The notes beneath the pieces were generated by a model. That model worked only from the letters and a program-made list of their open reading frames with translations, had not been told where the DNA came from and made no database searches. The translations under genes were made by a program, and so were the position numbers. Shown piece after piece: positions 24,501-37,715 of a stretch of 64,000 nucleotides of DNA. Origin of the DNA: Macrostomum hystrix (lineage: Eukaryota > Animalia > Platyhelminthes); assembly GCA_950097015.1 (NCBI GenBank), contig CATNEN010000007.1, positions 6,882,001 to 6,946,000 of the forward strand, given 5' to 3'. Positions within the stretch are counted from its first letter, which is position 1. Every line of letters starts with the position of its first letter.

Positions 24501-27500
24501 TCGAATGCGATTTATTGATTTTTCCTTACCCTTTTCTGTGCTAACCACTCCAGTCTGGCCATTGCTTATCGATCGCTACTAACCCTGCTGCTTGCGTTGG
24601 CCGAGAGTTTTTCACGCCCTCAAATTCTTTCTGGTCTTACCCTTGTCGCGCCCCCGATTGGCTGGTATTTGTATTGCTGCGGAAGGACGCGATTGTGTGA
24701 GCAGGAGGTCCGTAATGAGCGAATGAGTTTAGTATTATAGTTCTGTGCAGCGAGCCTCAATTAGGCAACTAATTAAAATCACAACTTAAAATGAAAAGCT
24801 TAGGAATTGAGTCTTGCCGACGAGGGCAATGGAAAAGAACTGAGGAAAGTTTGGTGCATCGTCACTCCAAAACTGTGCCGACTGGAAATAGGCTCGAAAT
24901 CTAATTTAGTTTCCATTAAAATTGAAAGCAAAACTCGGGAATTTATTGTAAATAAATGCATGGGAACGTCAAACATAACATCGACCGTTTCGCTGTTACC
25001 TGTTCCAGCTAAAATTGTGTCGGTTAAACATGAATGTGTGGTTAGAATCAGGTAAAAGTCTGTAGAACTACCGAGTGGATGGATGGAGCATCAGGTAAAA
25101 TTAAATATATTCTATCCTACATTCTCAAAACACACAGATAGCAAACTGGTTGGCTCACTGTGATGCCATTGAGACTGATCTCATCATAGCCGCTGCCTGC
25201 TGTGGTGACTGACTCAGTTCCCGAGATGGCTGAAATGATTTTCCAGGAGGAGTTAAAGATGTATTTTGTTAGCTCAGCCACAATGGGTTCGGTAGTCTCA
25301 TAACTGAGCATAGTTTTTAGGCACCAACAAAGCCCAAAGTCTACTAGAAAGACTGCCTCTGTTTTGTTGACGTTACCAGCGGATTCAGTTCCAAAATTAC
25401 ATCGCATAGCAGGTTCTCTCTCTGTTAGTTCTTGTTTTCAATAGCTTTCCTGTCTCTTGCTCAGACCCTGCGCTTTGCCTGCAGCTCACTATTTGTTCTC
25501 TTCTTTAGTGCTGGAAATACCCCATCGTTGAAGTCCCACTGTCTAATTTGTTTCCTAATTAGACAGCACTAAATTTTGCTGCCTACTGAGGCATGAAACT
25601 GGAAATGTAGCAAATAAAGACATAATTGTAGCTGAGGGAAGGTCCCTACTGACAGCTAAAGGCAACTAGGTTGAGAAGGCAGTGCTCAGGTAGTTAAAAA
25701 ACTTTACGTGGGCACCCACTTGAATCTGACTCGTTTGTTGTGACCTGATGTACTGAGCAGTTGGGAAAACTGTCACTGAAAATTACCTGCCGAAAATGAC
25801 GAGCTACTTTAAACCTTGGTCCTACGATTATAATCCGGTTCAATCAATCCGATTATTTGTTAAAGCATATTTAGTCGCTGAGTCGCAACTCACACTTGAT
25901 GCTACTGCGGCTCATGGCCACAATCATTGCCGCCAGGCCCTGCACAGCCTGGCTGGTGTCCTTTAGGTTGCCCTTGTAGATAGTCTTCGAGATGGAGGAC
26001 CGACCGCTCAGGATGCTCTGCACCTGGCTATTCACGTAGCTGCTTGACGGCTCGGACAGCTGAAGTTGAGAAGTTTGCTACGTAAAACTTCTCTTTCAGG
26101 TCAAGAAGCTATTGTTAATTAATAATAACAATTATAATAATTGCAGGAGGGCTGCGAGCAATGGCACATCACTAGACCCTAGACACTAGACCCGCAGCCA
26201 GCGAGGAGGCGACTTCTGACTCCTTTGCTGACTCCTGAACGCACGCACAAGGATACCGTAGGCAGGCACACGCTCACACAGGTGTACACACCTGCCCTGA
26301 CTTTCTCTTCGTCAGGGCCATCAAGGCAATTGCACGACAAGCCCCCATGCCTTCTCTCCGCGGCTGCGCCCCAAATAAATTGGCCTAGCCGAGGAATCGA
26401 ACTTAGGGACTGTGGTGCAAGAGGCAAACGCGTTAATAAAACGCAGATATAATATGCTGCTCGAGTTTATTCCGCAGACACTCACCTCTATGGTCGAAAT
26501 ATGGACAGTGGTTGTCGCTCCATAGCCGTCGGTGGCAACCACAAAGAGATCGACAAAGCTGCCGACAAAAGGAAAAGTGCTCTGGAAGACCGGCTTATCG
26601 CTGAAGCCGATCAAGGTCGTGTAGTTTGTTGTTGCGTTGGCCTTCACTTTCACTGGGTAATAGGGGGAAAATTTTGACATTTTGGAAAAAAAAGACATTT
26701 TGTGACCAAAGTAACTCGAGACAGGTAAATAAAAAACTAAATTTAGATTACGCACGAACAAACTGATAAGATTCGATGCCATCCGAGTCGATGAATGGTG
26801 AGCAGTCAATTTGAAACATAGTGACGCCGGCAATGCCGCTAGTGGCGTTGCAGGTACACACGCCCGCAGTTGGCACCTGGTTTGTGAACAAAAGGATGCA
26901 TGCTTCGCCTTCATTCGGTGTGTCCATGCCCACCTTCAAGCAGACTCGAAACCGCCTGCTTGAGGACACGTTGGCGAACAAATCAGGCGACAACGACACT
27001 TCTTGGTTGCTAGAACCTGTAAAATAAAAAGTTTTCAGTTAAATCTAAGTCATTTAGACATTCCTATTAGCTTAGAGTACAGCACAGCACCTTGTACAAA
27101 GTTCTGCATTGCGTGAGAACCAACACTGATCCAATTGCTTGAGCCGTCCAAATACTCGACGCTCCAGGCTGTGCTTTCGCACACGCTGTCATTCTCGGCA
27201 CTCTGGCAGCTGCTGGTGAGCTGCACCGTATCTGTGGGGTTCACCATATTGTAGCCGAGATCGCTGCTGCTCATGCGATGACACTCAGCGGGGAATCGGC
27301 ACCTGGGAGAATTTTCCGATGCATACGAGCGTATCAGTGGATTGGTACAAACTGCATCAGCTGGACTCCACCTACAAGAGTAAGAAATTTTGCGGCTCAC
27401 CTCAAGTCAACGTTCGCTGGAAACAGTTTCGTTGTGATTATTCTGAGAATGGAACTGGCGAATCGTGTGTCCTTGAATCCTTGAACCTTGAACACGTAGG

Positions 27501-30500
27501 TACGGTTTTCCATGAGATTGGCGCCGTTGAAGCAGAAGGCTCCGCTGCCGCCGCCTGTCTGTACGAAGCCTGGCGGGGAGCTAAAGCAGCCAGTGGTGAA
27601 ATTGATGGCACTGAAGTTGCCAGATCTGGGAGTTTGCACTGGCGTTCGGCTGGCATCATTCGGCTCGGTTTCGCCCAGCTGCCAGCAATGGTACACCCAG
27701 GATCCGATGCCTTGCGAGCTCGGATCGCTGGATTCCACATCCGGGTCAAATGAGTTGAGATTGGGCTCGAGACAAATTGTGCGACCAACGCTACGCTTCA
27801 CTTCAATCATGCCTCCAGGGGTAATTGAAACTTTTAGAGGGGAGCTGCCGACTTGCAGATACATGCTGCTCTGGTTGGCGAATTCCTCTACAGTTACCGT
27901 CATGTTCATAATGACCCTGGCTGTGATCCGGTAAAGACCAATTTGTAGAAAACGTGGTGGAATGGCCAGTATGGTGTTTCCGAACGTCGGTAGTGAGGAT
28001 ACATTAATAGAGCCAGTCACACTTTTTGAGACTTCATCTAAGGATTCAATCCGCCACTCTCGTTTGTTCTGTGCCGTGGCTTCGCACGGTAGATCCGTGA
28101 TGATGCACTCGACTGTCACTGGCGCGGAGCGCAAGACTTTTCGCGGATTTTCCACGCGCATGTTTGATTCATCCGCCATGGTCACCATCGGTGGTCGGCA
28201 CTGACTTGGAGACACGGCTGCAGTGGCAGCAATGGTATCGTTGGAAAACTGGTTGCAGGTGAACACAGTCACAGCGTAGTTTCCTCGCTTTTGGTAAATA
28301 ACTGAGAAGTCGACCCGATTGTTGGTCACCACTCGGCCAGTGTGATTGTAGGTCTTGTTGTCTGCTGGGCTGCAGATCGACTGACAGCCCGCCGGTCCAA
28401 AGACAAAGCGCTGCGTTGACAATCCCAGGTCAACATAGACGCAGGTGTCCTCGGACAGCATGTCCCAGACTGCCGACAGAGAGCGCGTCTGGCCAGGTAG
28501 GCTGATGCCAGCCGAGTCAACGATGCGGCCGTTCGAAATTGAGCCGCCAACAGTGATGTTCACACTAAATGTGCCGTTGGAGACTGGGTTTGAAGCTAGC
28601 AGAGTCACGAAGTAGGCGCCAGTCTGAAATAGAAAACGGTATTGGTACGTTTCGATCGGCCTCTACCCGGTCAATCTTATAGTTCCTATTTGTACATCAG
28701 TCTCACCGTGTTCAGATATAGGAAAATAGTCTCGTTCGCCTTGAAGTCTGCCACAGACTGTCCTCCACCAGGGGAAATCGGGCTGACAGAAAATCTGTAC
28801 GTATCCACATAGCCTGAAGTGAAGGTTTTGCTACTTTTTAAATCCTTTCTTGAAATTCTGAAACTCGCAGTTTTTGGCCAAACGTACCAGGAGACCATGG
28901 CACTGCTACTAGGTCCTGCTTGCTTGGAAACGATAGGCGATTGGCCCCAAAGCCACTGATAAGAACACTACCGGTCTTCGAGCGATACATCAGTGTGACA
29001 TTCAGGTTCACGAGCGGCCTGAAAGTGCCGATCTGAAAAACGACTAGGAAGCATTAGCGCTGAGCTTTTAGGCCAAAATAAGAGAACTGTCGAGCCAACT
29101 GACCTTCGGGCTCTGGATAGTAAAGTTGCTGCCGTTGTTGTACAAGAAGAACGTATATGATATGTATCCTTCCTGTGCTGGCAGAATAGGCAGCTGCGTA
29201 GCCGGCAGGACGAGCTGCGTGACGATGACGACAGTTCCTGATGCGTCACGAATTTCAATCATGCTGCCATCAGGTGCGTCAGCTGGTGCGCCCCCGTAGG
29301 AAAACGTAAAGATGACAGGATCTGCAATTGGATGGAGCTCGTTTCAGTGTGCTCACTAGCTGTGAATGATAAACTAATATTAAAGGAATTGGGAACATAC
29401 TGCCAAAGGTCTGATTTCCGTTGGTCGTTAAAGGAAGCGTCGAGCTTAACAGTTTGTTGACCACCTTTAGATTATGAAGATAACTAAAGCATTGCAGAGT
29501 GTTGCAAATTGTTGCGTTCATTAGGAATGTACCGTTATTATTGTATGTGTAAGTCAGCGTTCTCTGTGTATTTGGTCCCGATGCTGAAAAGCATATTTTA
29601 GAGCAAATTTAGTTGTAAATAAGAGATGCTACTGGAAATAATATTTTTTTATTACTAGTAATAGTTGTGATCACAGGTGGGCCTCCATCTCCGGGCGCCA
29701 GGGTGCAGGTGATTTGGGAGCCGCCATCAATAGTAACAGTGACTGACGCCGCCTCTCCTTTAGCCAAAACTGTCGGTGTGAACGCGGCACGAGGGTTCAC
29801 GATGTGGTCGACAATCGAAATGGATGCGCTGTTGGAGGCCGTACTCGGTATAGGATTACTCGCATTGTAAGTAACAACATACGAGCCAACGGCAGCGTAC
29901 GTGTGATTGTAAGTCATTGTGAGTAGCATCGGAAAGGTCTGCAGCGGCGAACCGTCACCCCAGTTGATGGCGATGCTGGCCATGCTGGGCGGGGAGCCAC
30001 TGAGCAGCTGCAGGCTGAACTGCACCAAACCATTCAGGCTGGCAGCCGGTGGTCCAACAAGCGCGTACTGGCCCAGAGGAGCGAGCACGTTCACCGGAAC
30101 CGTCAGTGTAGTTGTATTCAATAGGTTGCTGATTGTCAAGATTACAGTGAAGCTGCCGCCGATTGTGTATGTGTGATTTAGTACCAGATGTAGGCCTCCC
30201 GATTCCTCCAGCTTTGATGTGGTGAAGTTGTACGACTGTCCATCGCCAAACTGCACATTCATAGTGATGCCAGTGCCTGCGGACAAGCTGATATCGAATG
30301 TGGCGGATCCGTTGACTGCGATCGCACTGCTGACGACGCTGAAGGTTGCACCAGCGATACGACGTTGCGCCGTCAGGTTAAAAACAATCAGAATGTCGCT
30401 CACATTGTTATACGCGCGACAAACGACTGAGTAGACGCCCACAGAACTCAGGTTTAAAGCCTCCACCAGTGCCTGAAGCTTAAAAGGGTCGTAAACCACA

Positions 30501-33181
30501 GACTTTTGCTCGCCAGCTATCAAAACTTGAAAACGTGGGTGCGATCCGTTGGCAATACCTAACACCAGCTGGAAAGGCGTACCGACTTCAACTGCCTGAG
30601 TTCCCAGCGAAAAGCCGGTCACAGGAATTTCTACATACAGCGGCACTGTCCGTGAGCTGCTGCTCAGGGAGTTGTAGCAGGTTCCCGTCACAAAGTACAA
30701 CCCTAGTTTGGAGAGCGCCGAGACTCGGAAGTTAAGGGTTGAGTTTGTTGGGCCGTAGCTTTCGCCGTTGGAAATATTGACGGTGCACAAGTAGCTGCTC
30801 CCAGAGCTGAGCACGATATGGACTGCCGAGTCGTTGCCGAATGGCTGACCGTCAGCAGTAATGTTAGAGACAACCACCCAACTGACCAGGTTGAAATTCA
30901 AGGTTCCCCACTTTATATCGACGTCGTTATAGGCTGTCACATTAACACTTGCTGGACCAAGACCAGTCATGATGTATGCGCTGACCGGCACAGATGTAAA
31001 ATCTACTCCACCATCGCTAAACGTCCAGTTGTACTTGACATTGACACCTGTATGGGGTTTCAGTCTTAGATTGCATGGCTCATTATTCAAAACGTCAGTG
31101 ACTGGTTGGAAGCTGGTGTCGTTAATTCCCTCCTGCAGCCACACGACTTGACTTAGGCTTGTCGCTGATCCTCCAAATGCCTCGTTTGTTAGGCTCACAG
31201 TGACAGTTGAGTTTCCAATTGTGCTAAACTTTCTTTCCAGACGATAGGTCGGCAACAGCCTAGACACGGCTGACAGCTGATGGTGCACTGCTGAGGTATT
31301 CCAGTTTGTAGCTTCAAATGTATCAGCTAAGACTGGAGCCGTGGACTTCTGCATATGATAGGATCGACCTTCAGCTGAGCTCAGGGCCCTGGCCGCAATG
31401 CTGTTTCCATGGAAACCAATACGATCTCCCGGCATCACCGTGAATGCACTGGGCACGCGGTACAGGTTGTATCCCAAGCTGACCGACACACTGGTGTATA
31501 GAGCGGCAATCTGATAGGCGCCTGCCACGCCTCGAGTGGTATTTCGCTTCGTCATGGTTTTGCTGCACGTCGGTTCACTCACTCTCCAGCAGCTCTCGGT
31601 TGCTGGACAGAGCGTCTGGACTGGCGTTGAACAGTCTATTGTGGATGAGCAAAAGCTAGTGGCACTACAAGCGTAATCTCCAAAACAGAACTGCGAGCTC
31701 GCTGAGCAAAGAGGTCTGAACACCTGTGAGAATGTCGTCGGTGCTTGGTTAATACTGCTAGCTAGAAAAAACTCAAATGTTACTTTTTTTCTTTGAGAAT
31801 CCTCAGTTTGTAAGTAAATGCTATTTACTCTCTCACCATAAGATTCACAACAACGGCGCTGGATGTACCATAGAACTCAAACGCCTGCAAGACACCCGGA
31901 TACTTGAAGTCGGCGTCAACTAGTACAAGGTTATCGGCTGTGGCGCTGACAAGTCCTGTACTCTGCTGAGCAACCGGAGTGCCGGCTCGCTCCCAGGCAA
32001 GGTCTAGAAGGGAAGCAGTAGATTGGGAACCAAACTCCAAATCAGTTTTTAATTTAAAATTTCACCTGACAGTGCTTCCCCTGCTTGACGTTTCCCAGGG
32101 TTCAATCAGCAGCACTTACCGGCCAGAGGAAAGTTCTCCAGGGTGCCGTCGCCCCAGTTCACGGCGGCCCGCATCCGTGTACCCGAGCTGAATTGAAGCG
32201 TGCAGTAGACAGGATTGTTCACGGCGGCCACCTCGGGGCAGGTGAAGCTCAAATTGACGAGCTGCTCGGCAACCAACAACTGCAGGCTGCTGCTACCAAA
32301 CTGGCAGTTGGAACAGTTAGACTCATTTAAGTCGGGCTATTTTATGCACTGAACAACACTATTGCTGAATTTTTATTGCTGCACCAATCTCAAATTAGGT
32401 GCAAAGTATTATTCAAGAGAGATCTGAACTTCGAAAATCAAAAGAAATCAAATGGCTCCTTACCAAGGATGTGTTCTGGTAGTAGGCGTTGGCCTTAGCG
32501 TACCGGACGCCTGGCATGATGTACACCTTGCTGGCCCTATGCTGGGGATCCCCAAGGAGCTCCCATCTGCTGGCATCGTCGCCGTAGGACATCCGCACGC
32601 TGTAGTCAATTGTAGCCATGGTGGATGAGTTAGCGGTCAAGCTGGTGGCGGTGAAGCCGCTCACGATTGTTCCGCCACCAGGAGGCACGATCTCGAGGTC
32701 GTCTGCCATGCCGGGGTTTTCTGAGCTATAAACCTGCAATTAAAAGGGACAGGTGCTCTGATCATCACCAATTATATATCCAGTATCGACAAAGATTGTG
32801 AAGCTGTTCCCTGAAGGCACCTACCGCGATTTGCTCGCTGTCAACGCAGCTGGCAGCGTCCGAGCCGGTGCGTCTGAAGGTCGCATTGGCCGCCGAGCTG
32901 ATGTTCTGAGCGCAGAAGCAGAACCGGGCCTGCCAGACGCCGAAGTAGCGATAGCTCAGTGCCTGGCAGCCGGCGGCGCACGCGATGACCTCCGTGGCCA
33001 GCAGGTCGGGGTCGTAGTCTCCGGGTGACACGATGAACACGCGGTCCTGGCCGCTGTCCTGGTAACAGCCTTCGAATACGGCGGCTCCGGCGCCAAGCCA
33101 GCACAGAGAAATTGTCAGCAAAATGACTGCTGCTGGAGCCTGGACAGCCAGTGGTGTTGACGGGGAAATACTTGGTTGCAT
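15581..33181 (-). CDS. Polycystin-1 family (PKD1/PKD1L/REJ-like) receptor-channel: signal peptide, WSC, PKD domains, REJ, GAIN/GPS, PLAT, TM/channel region
   Basis: ATG at 33181 with a signal-like segment and WSC ('FEGCYQD...CAAGC...YFGV....CFC...AVY'). PKD repeats (WTFSDG, QFGDG, NWGDG) in exon ~31723-29657. REJ region ~28620-25890. GPS 'CMCTHLTSF' ~20916-20942. PLAT 'YEVVVSTG...GTNSNV...LRLWHDNSG'. Channel region 'WLDRQTRAVF', 'ILLNMFVSILNEAF' in exon 19831-17150. Last exon 15848-15581 joins in phase (QK|VMMWVGL). Confidence 0.93.
15851..16580. repeat. 36-bp minisatellite (GAGCGGTGTGGGACAGGAGGAGAGCTCTGGGATCCT)n in the last PKD intron, abutting the acceptor
   Basis: ~19-20 tandem copies. 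Confidence 0.97.
20425..20712 (-). mobile_element. tRNA-derived SINE-like element, copy C (in PKD intron)
   Basis: Minus strand begins GTGGCAGAGCGGTTTAGCGCG (tRNA D-arm/A-box-like), followed by the shared core and 3' end GCAGCCCTCCTGCAAATACTATT. Confidence 0.75.
23045..23550. repeat. 33-bp minisatellite (CAGAATCCGCCCCAAGCACAATCCGCCAGAAAA)n in PKD intron
   Basis: ~15 tandem copies, each built from two AATCCGCC subunits. Confidence 0.96.
26120..26435 (-). mobile_element. tRNA-derived SINE-like element, copy D (in PKD intron)
   Basis: Minus strand has a B-box GTTCGATTCC, the shared core with hairpin CCCTGAC-N9-GTCAGGG, and an (ATT)n-type tail. Confidence 0.78.
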
Positions 33182-35354
33182 TCCACAAGAAAAGCAGCTA
33201 TACCCACTGACAAGGATTCGCATGGGACTGTGAGCAATGGTCCATTCTGCCCAAAAATAGTACGGCAGGCCCCCCAGCTACCCAATTTAATGTAAACTCA
33301 CCGCGGATTCGAGCTCCGGGACTTTGGAGCGTGAGTTGGATGTGCTCCCCCTCCGAATTACTGTAAGTCAGCCAAAATACAGACAGCAATAGCGCCCGCT
33401 TTAAGTTCGGCAGATTGCCTTTATCATAAACATCAAGAGGAGAAGCAAGCATATCATACTGGCCCCCATAACAAGCCGCCCGGATAACACAATTCCCAAA
33501 TTATCAGGGGACTTCTCTCTATTTTTTAGAGAACTGCACAAAATATAAATCAAACTTAGCGGCACAAGACGACTGGAAACTAAAACGAAGCTCTAGCAAA
33601 ATACATAACAAAAACACCTATAATCAGATAACGGTTGCCCTGAGGCCTAAGTAGCCATGCAAGTAGCCTAGGTTACTAATGCAATTGGCTCAAGTACTTT
33701 AAAAATAGGAAACTGTTTATTTGCAAATGTGTGCACTGTACTGGTAACAGTGATTTGTTTTCACATTGTTCAAAGCACAGCCTTTGAAGTTGAATTCAAG
33801 GGCCACAACTCTCCGCAAAATGAGCGTGCAAAGCCTTCTCTCCACCAGCGGGCTTTGCTGTAGATACTCCTAGATGAAGATGTAGATGCTGGTGCAACTT
33901 CCTGGAAAAATACCTTTCTCGGAATGAGCCCGTGCTTTGCACTCACCATTATCTCCTTGGATGAGCAGGCGATCAGGTGTGAAAGCGGTGATTAACGGCA
34001 GTCACAGTAAGAAACCTAGTTTTTTAGTGGGAATGCAACAGCAACAGAGTTTAGGGGGCTACTAAACTAATCTTGAGCAGTTTTCTCAAGATGGCATCAA
34101 TTGACAAGACAGCGTCTCCCTAAAATATCCCCCCTGTCGGCACAAATGAATCCTTTGGCCGCCCAATCCGGCGCTGGCTCGACAGGCGGGCCCAGCCCAC
34201 CCCGATCCCTTGTTTGCTGGGCCCGTTGCCAATGGCGACCGCTCAAACTGCTACCTCTGCGAGCGGCTCCAAGCCTCTGCAGTCCTTTGAGTCAGTAGTG
34301 CCAGGACTCTTCTATCTCTCCGACTTGCTTTTTGTATTGCTGCCGTTTTAGTCGCTCCTCAACTGGCAGTAGTTAGGAACAACTCACGCAGCGACTTGGG
34401 GAGCGGGGGAGAGTGGCGCTCTCCCAGTACAGAAATCCTTACGCAGGCCTTCCTTTGTCAGTTTTTCACAGTTCAGACTCTTAATAGCTCTGGCTGGGTC
34501 CTCCATTTTTCAATCTATTCTCTACTTTCTCTATCGACTCTCCCTCTGACTCGCTTTCGCTTTCTGCCTAACTACATGGCTGGCCATTGTTCCAATGCGA
34601 CTCCATTTCCCCTTGTCCCGTATTTATAAAATCTTTTCTGGGATTTCGGGTGGCTTCAAAGTGCTATTCAACTCATTCTCTGCTTGACGTTTTTCGGCAT
34701 AATGCGCTCGAGCCGCGGTCCATTGAAGCTGCAAGCTCCAAATGAAAGAGGCGGTAGCCAGCACACAGATTCCATTGCATCTAATTGAAGCAGGCGTTTC
34801 GGCTAAAAATAGCCTTTTAAATGTGTACGAAATTGCAGTCTGTTTAACAGCGATCTATACGCCGGCTTTTAAAAAAAGCTTTTTTCATTGAATTTTCTAA
34901 TAAGTGAATAAGTAGAATTTCGTAGAATATTCCTTCAGTGATCTTCCTAAATAATACCGTGTCCATTCCTGTCATTTTCTTGCTATCTTTTTTACTTTGC
35001 AATCAAACAGTTTTGAGTGTAACTGCTTGATTTGAACAATGAGTGAGTCTTCTGTAAAAACGTCTGCCCCACAAACTACATGGCAGCGTTAGACTTGACA
35101 GAGAGTTTTACAGTCCTCGGCATGGAAATGTGGCAACAGAAACAAACGGTTGGACACTGTTGGCAGCCTCTTCACTAATTCTCAGTTTCATTAGCGGTGT
35201 GTAGTTCATCCCAGACGTTTATAATCAATGACAACTGGCGCTTGTGATGCCCCACAACAGCAAACTGAGGCCTACAACTGCCACCAAGGAGGAAGCATTA
35301 GACCGAGTGGGAGTGGAAATAGCTGAGTAAAACAACCCTCCCAAAAGTGTCACT

Positions 35355-37517
35355 CCAATGAGAACCGCCCTAATGAGAACCGCCGTAATGAGAACCGCCC
35401 TAATAAGAACCGCCCTAATGAGAATCACCCTAATGAGAACCGCCCTAATGAGAATCACCCTAATAAGAACCGCCCTAATGAGAATCACCCTAATGAGAAC
35501 CGCCCTAATGAGAACCGCCCTAATGAGAATCACCCTAATGAGAATCGCCCTAATGAGAACCGCCCTAATGAGAACCGCCCTAATGAGAATCGCCCTAATG
35601 AGAACCGCCCTAATGAGAACCGCCCTAATGAGAATCACCCTAATGAGAATCGCCCTAATGAGAATCGCCCTAATGAGAACCGCCCTAATGAGAATCGCCC
35701 TAATGAGAACCGCCCTAATGAGAACCGCCCTAATGAGAATCACCCTAATAAGAATCGCCCTAATGAGAATCACCCTAATAAGAATCGCCCTAATGAGAAT
35801 CACCCTAATGAGAACCGCCCTAATGAGAACCGCCCTAATGAGAATCGCCCTAATGAGAACCGCCCTAATGAGAACCGCCCTAATGAGAACCGCCCTAATG
35901 AGAATCACCCTAATGAGAATCGCCCTAATGAGAACCGCCCTAATGAGAACCGCCGTAATGAGAACCGCCCTAATAAGAACCGCCCTAATGAGAATCACCC
36001 TAATGAGAACCGCCCTAATGAGAATCACCCTAATAAGAACCGCCCTAATGAGAATCACCCTAATGAGAACCGCCCTAATGAGAACCGCCCTAATGAGAAT
36101 CACCCTAATGAGAATCGCCCTAATGAGAACCGCCCTAATGAGAACCGCCCTAATGAGAATCGCCCTAATGAGAACCGCCCTAATGAGAACCGCCCTAATG
36201 AGAATCACCCTAATGAGAATCGCCCTAATGAGAATCGCCCTAATGAGAACCGCCCTAATGAGAATCGCCCTAATGAGAACCGCCCTAATGAGAACCGCCC
36301 TAATGAGAATCACCCTAATAAGAATCGCCCTAATGAGAATCACCCTAATAAGAATCGCCCTAATGAGAATCACCCTAATGAGAACCGCCCTAATGAGAAC
36401 CGCCCTAATGAGAATCGCCCTAATGAGAACCGCCCTAATGAGAACCGCCCTAATGAGAACCGCCCTAATGAGAATCACCCTAATGAGAATCGCCCTAATG
36501 AGAACCGCCCTAATGAGAATCGCCCTAATGAGAACCGCCCTAATGAGAATCACCCTAATGAGAATCGCCCTAATGAGAACCGCCCTAATGAGAATCGCCC
36601 TAATGAGAACCGCCCTAATGAGAACCGCCCTAATGAGAATCACCCTAATAAGAATCGCCCTAATGAGAATCACCCTAATGAGAACCGCCCTAATGAGAAC
36701 CGCCCTAATGAGAATCGCCCTAATGAGAACCGCCCTAATGAGAACCGCCCTAATGAGAACCGCCCTAATGAGAATCACCCTAATGAGAATCGCCCTAATG
36801 AGAACCGCCCTAATGAGAATCGCCCTAATGAGAATCGCCCTAATGAGAACCGCCCTAATGAGAATCGCCCTAATGAGAATCGCCCTAATGAGAACCGCCC
36901 TAATGAGAACCGCCCTAATGAGAACCGCCCTAATGAGAATCACCCTAATAAGAATCGCCCTAATGAGAACCGCCCTAATGAGAATCGCCCTAATGAGAAC
37001 CGCCCTAATGAGAATCGCCCTAATGAGAACCGCCCTAATGAGAATCGCCCTAATGAGAATCGCCCTAATGAGAATCGCCCTAATGAGAACCGCCCTAATG
37101 AGAACCGCCCTAATGAGAACCGCCCTAATGAGAATCGCCCTAATGAGAACCGCCCTAATGAGAACCGCCCTAATGAGAATCGCCCTAATGAGAACCGCCC
37201 TAATGAGAACCGCCCTAATGAGAATCGCCCTAATGAGAATCGCCCTAATGAGAATCGCCCTAATGAGAATCGCCCCAGCGAGAATCGCCCAGCGAGAATC
37301 GCCCAGCGAGAATCGCCCAGCGAGAATCGCTCCAGCGAGAATCGCCCCAGCGAGAATCGCCCCAGCGAGAATCGCCCCAACGAGAATCGCCCCAGCGAGA
37401 ATCGCCCCAGCGAGAATCGCCCCAGCGAGAATCGCCCCAGCGAGAATCGCCCCAGCGAGAATCGCCCCAGCGAGAATCGCCCCAGCGAGAATCGCCCCAG
37501 CGAGAATCGCCCCAGCG
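35355..37517. repeat. 15-bp satellite (TAATGAGAAYCRCCC)n switching to (CAGCGAGAATCGCCC)n after ~37270; 570-bp higher-order duplication
   Basis: ~140 tandem units. The rare variant CGCCGT occurs at 35381 and 35951 and is followed by the same order of variants. Confidence 0.97.
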
Positions 37518-37715
37518 ATTAGGATTAGACATTAGGAATTGCCACAGACATTAGTAATGACTAGTAACTAAGTATCGATATGGAACTCCACCCTGCCATA
37601 AATTTTGGCCATAGAACAAAGTAAGAATAGAAACGTTATTTGAATGAAAATCAAGGAATTTCTAGCGATGACATGGTGCTCATCAAACATAACAAACGTA
37701 TTTTACTGAAAGAGT

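Noticed and set aside
26290-26320. Hammerhead-like CTGACGA...GAAA in the SINE core, and CTGATGA in the 36-bp repeat
   Set aside because: There is no helix II between the motifs in the SINE, where it forms a simple hairpin, and no GAAA in the repeat.
33780-34400. Minus-strand splice signals upstream of the PKD start
   Set aside because: No convincing reading frame could be assembled; they may be UTR exons.
35225-37535. 572-aa and 725-aa ORFs on both strands
   Set aside because: They are translations of a 15-bp satellite whose unit lacks stops in these frames; there is no coding evidence.
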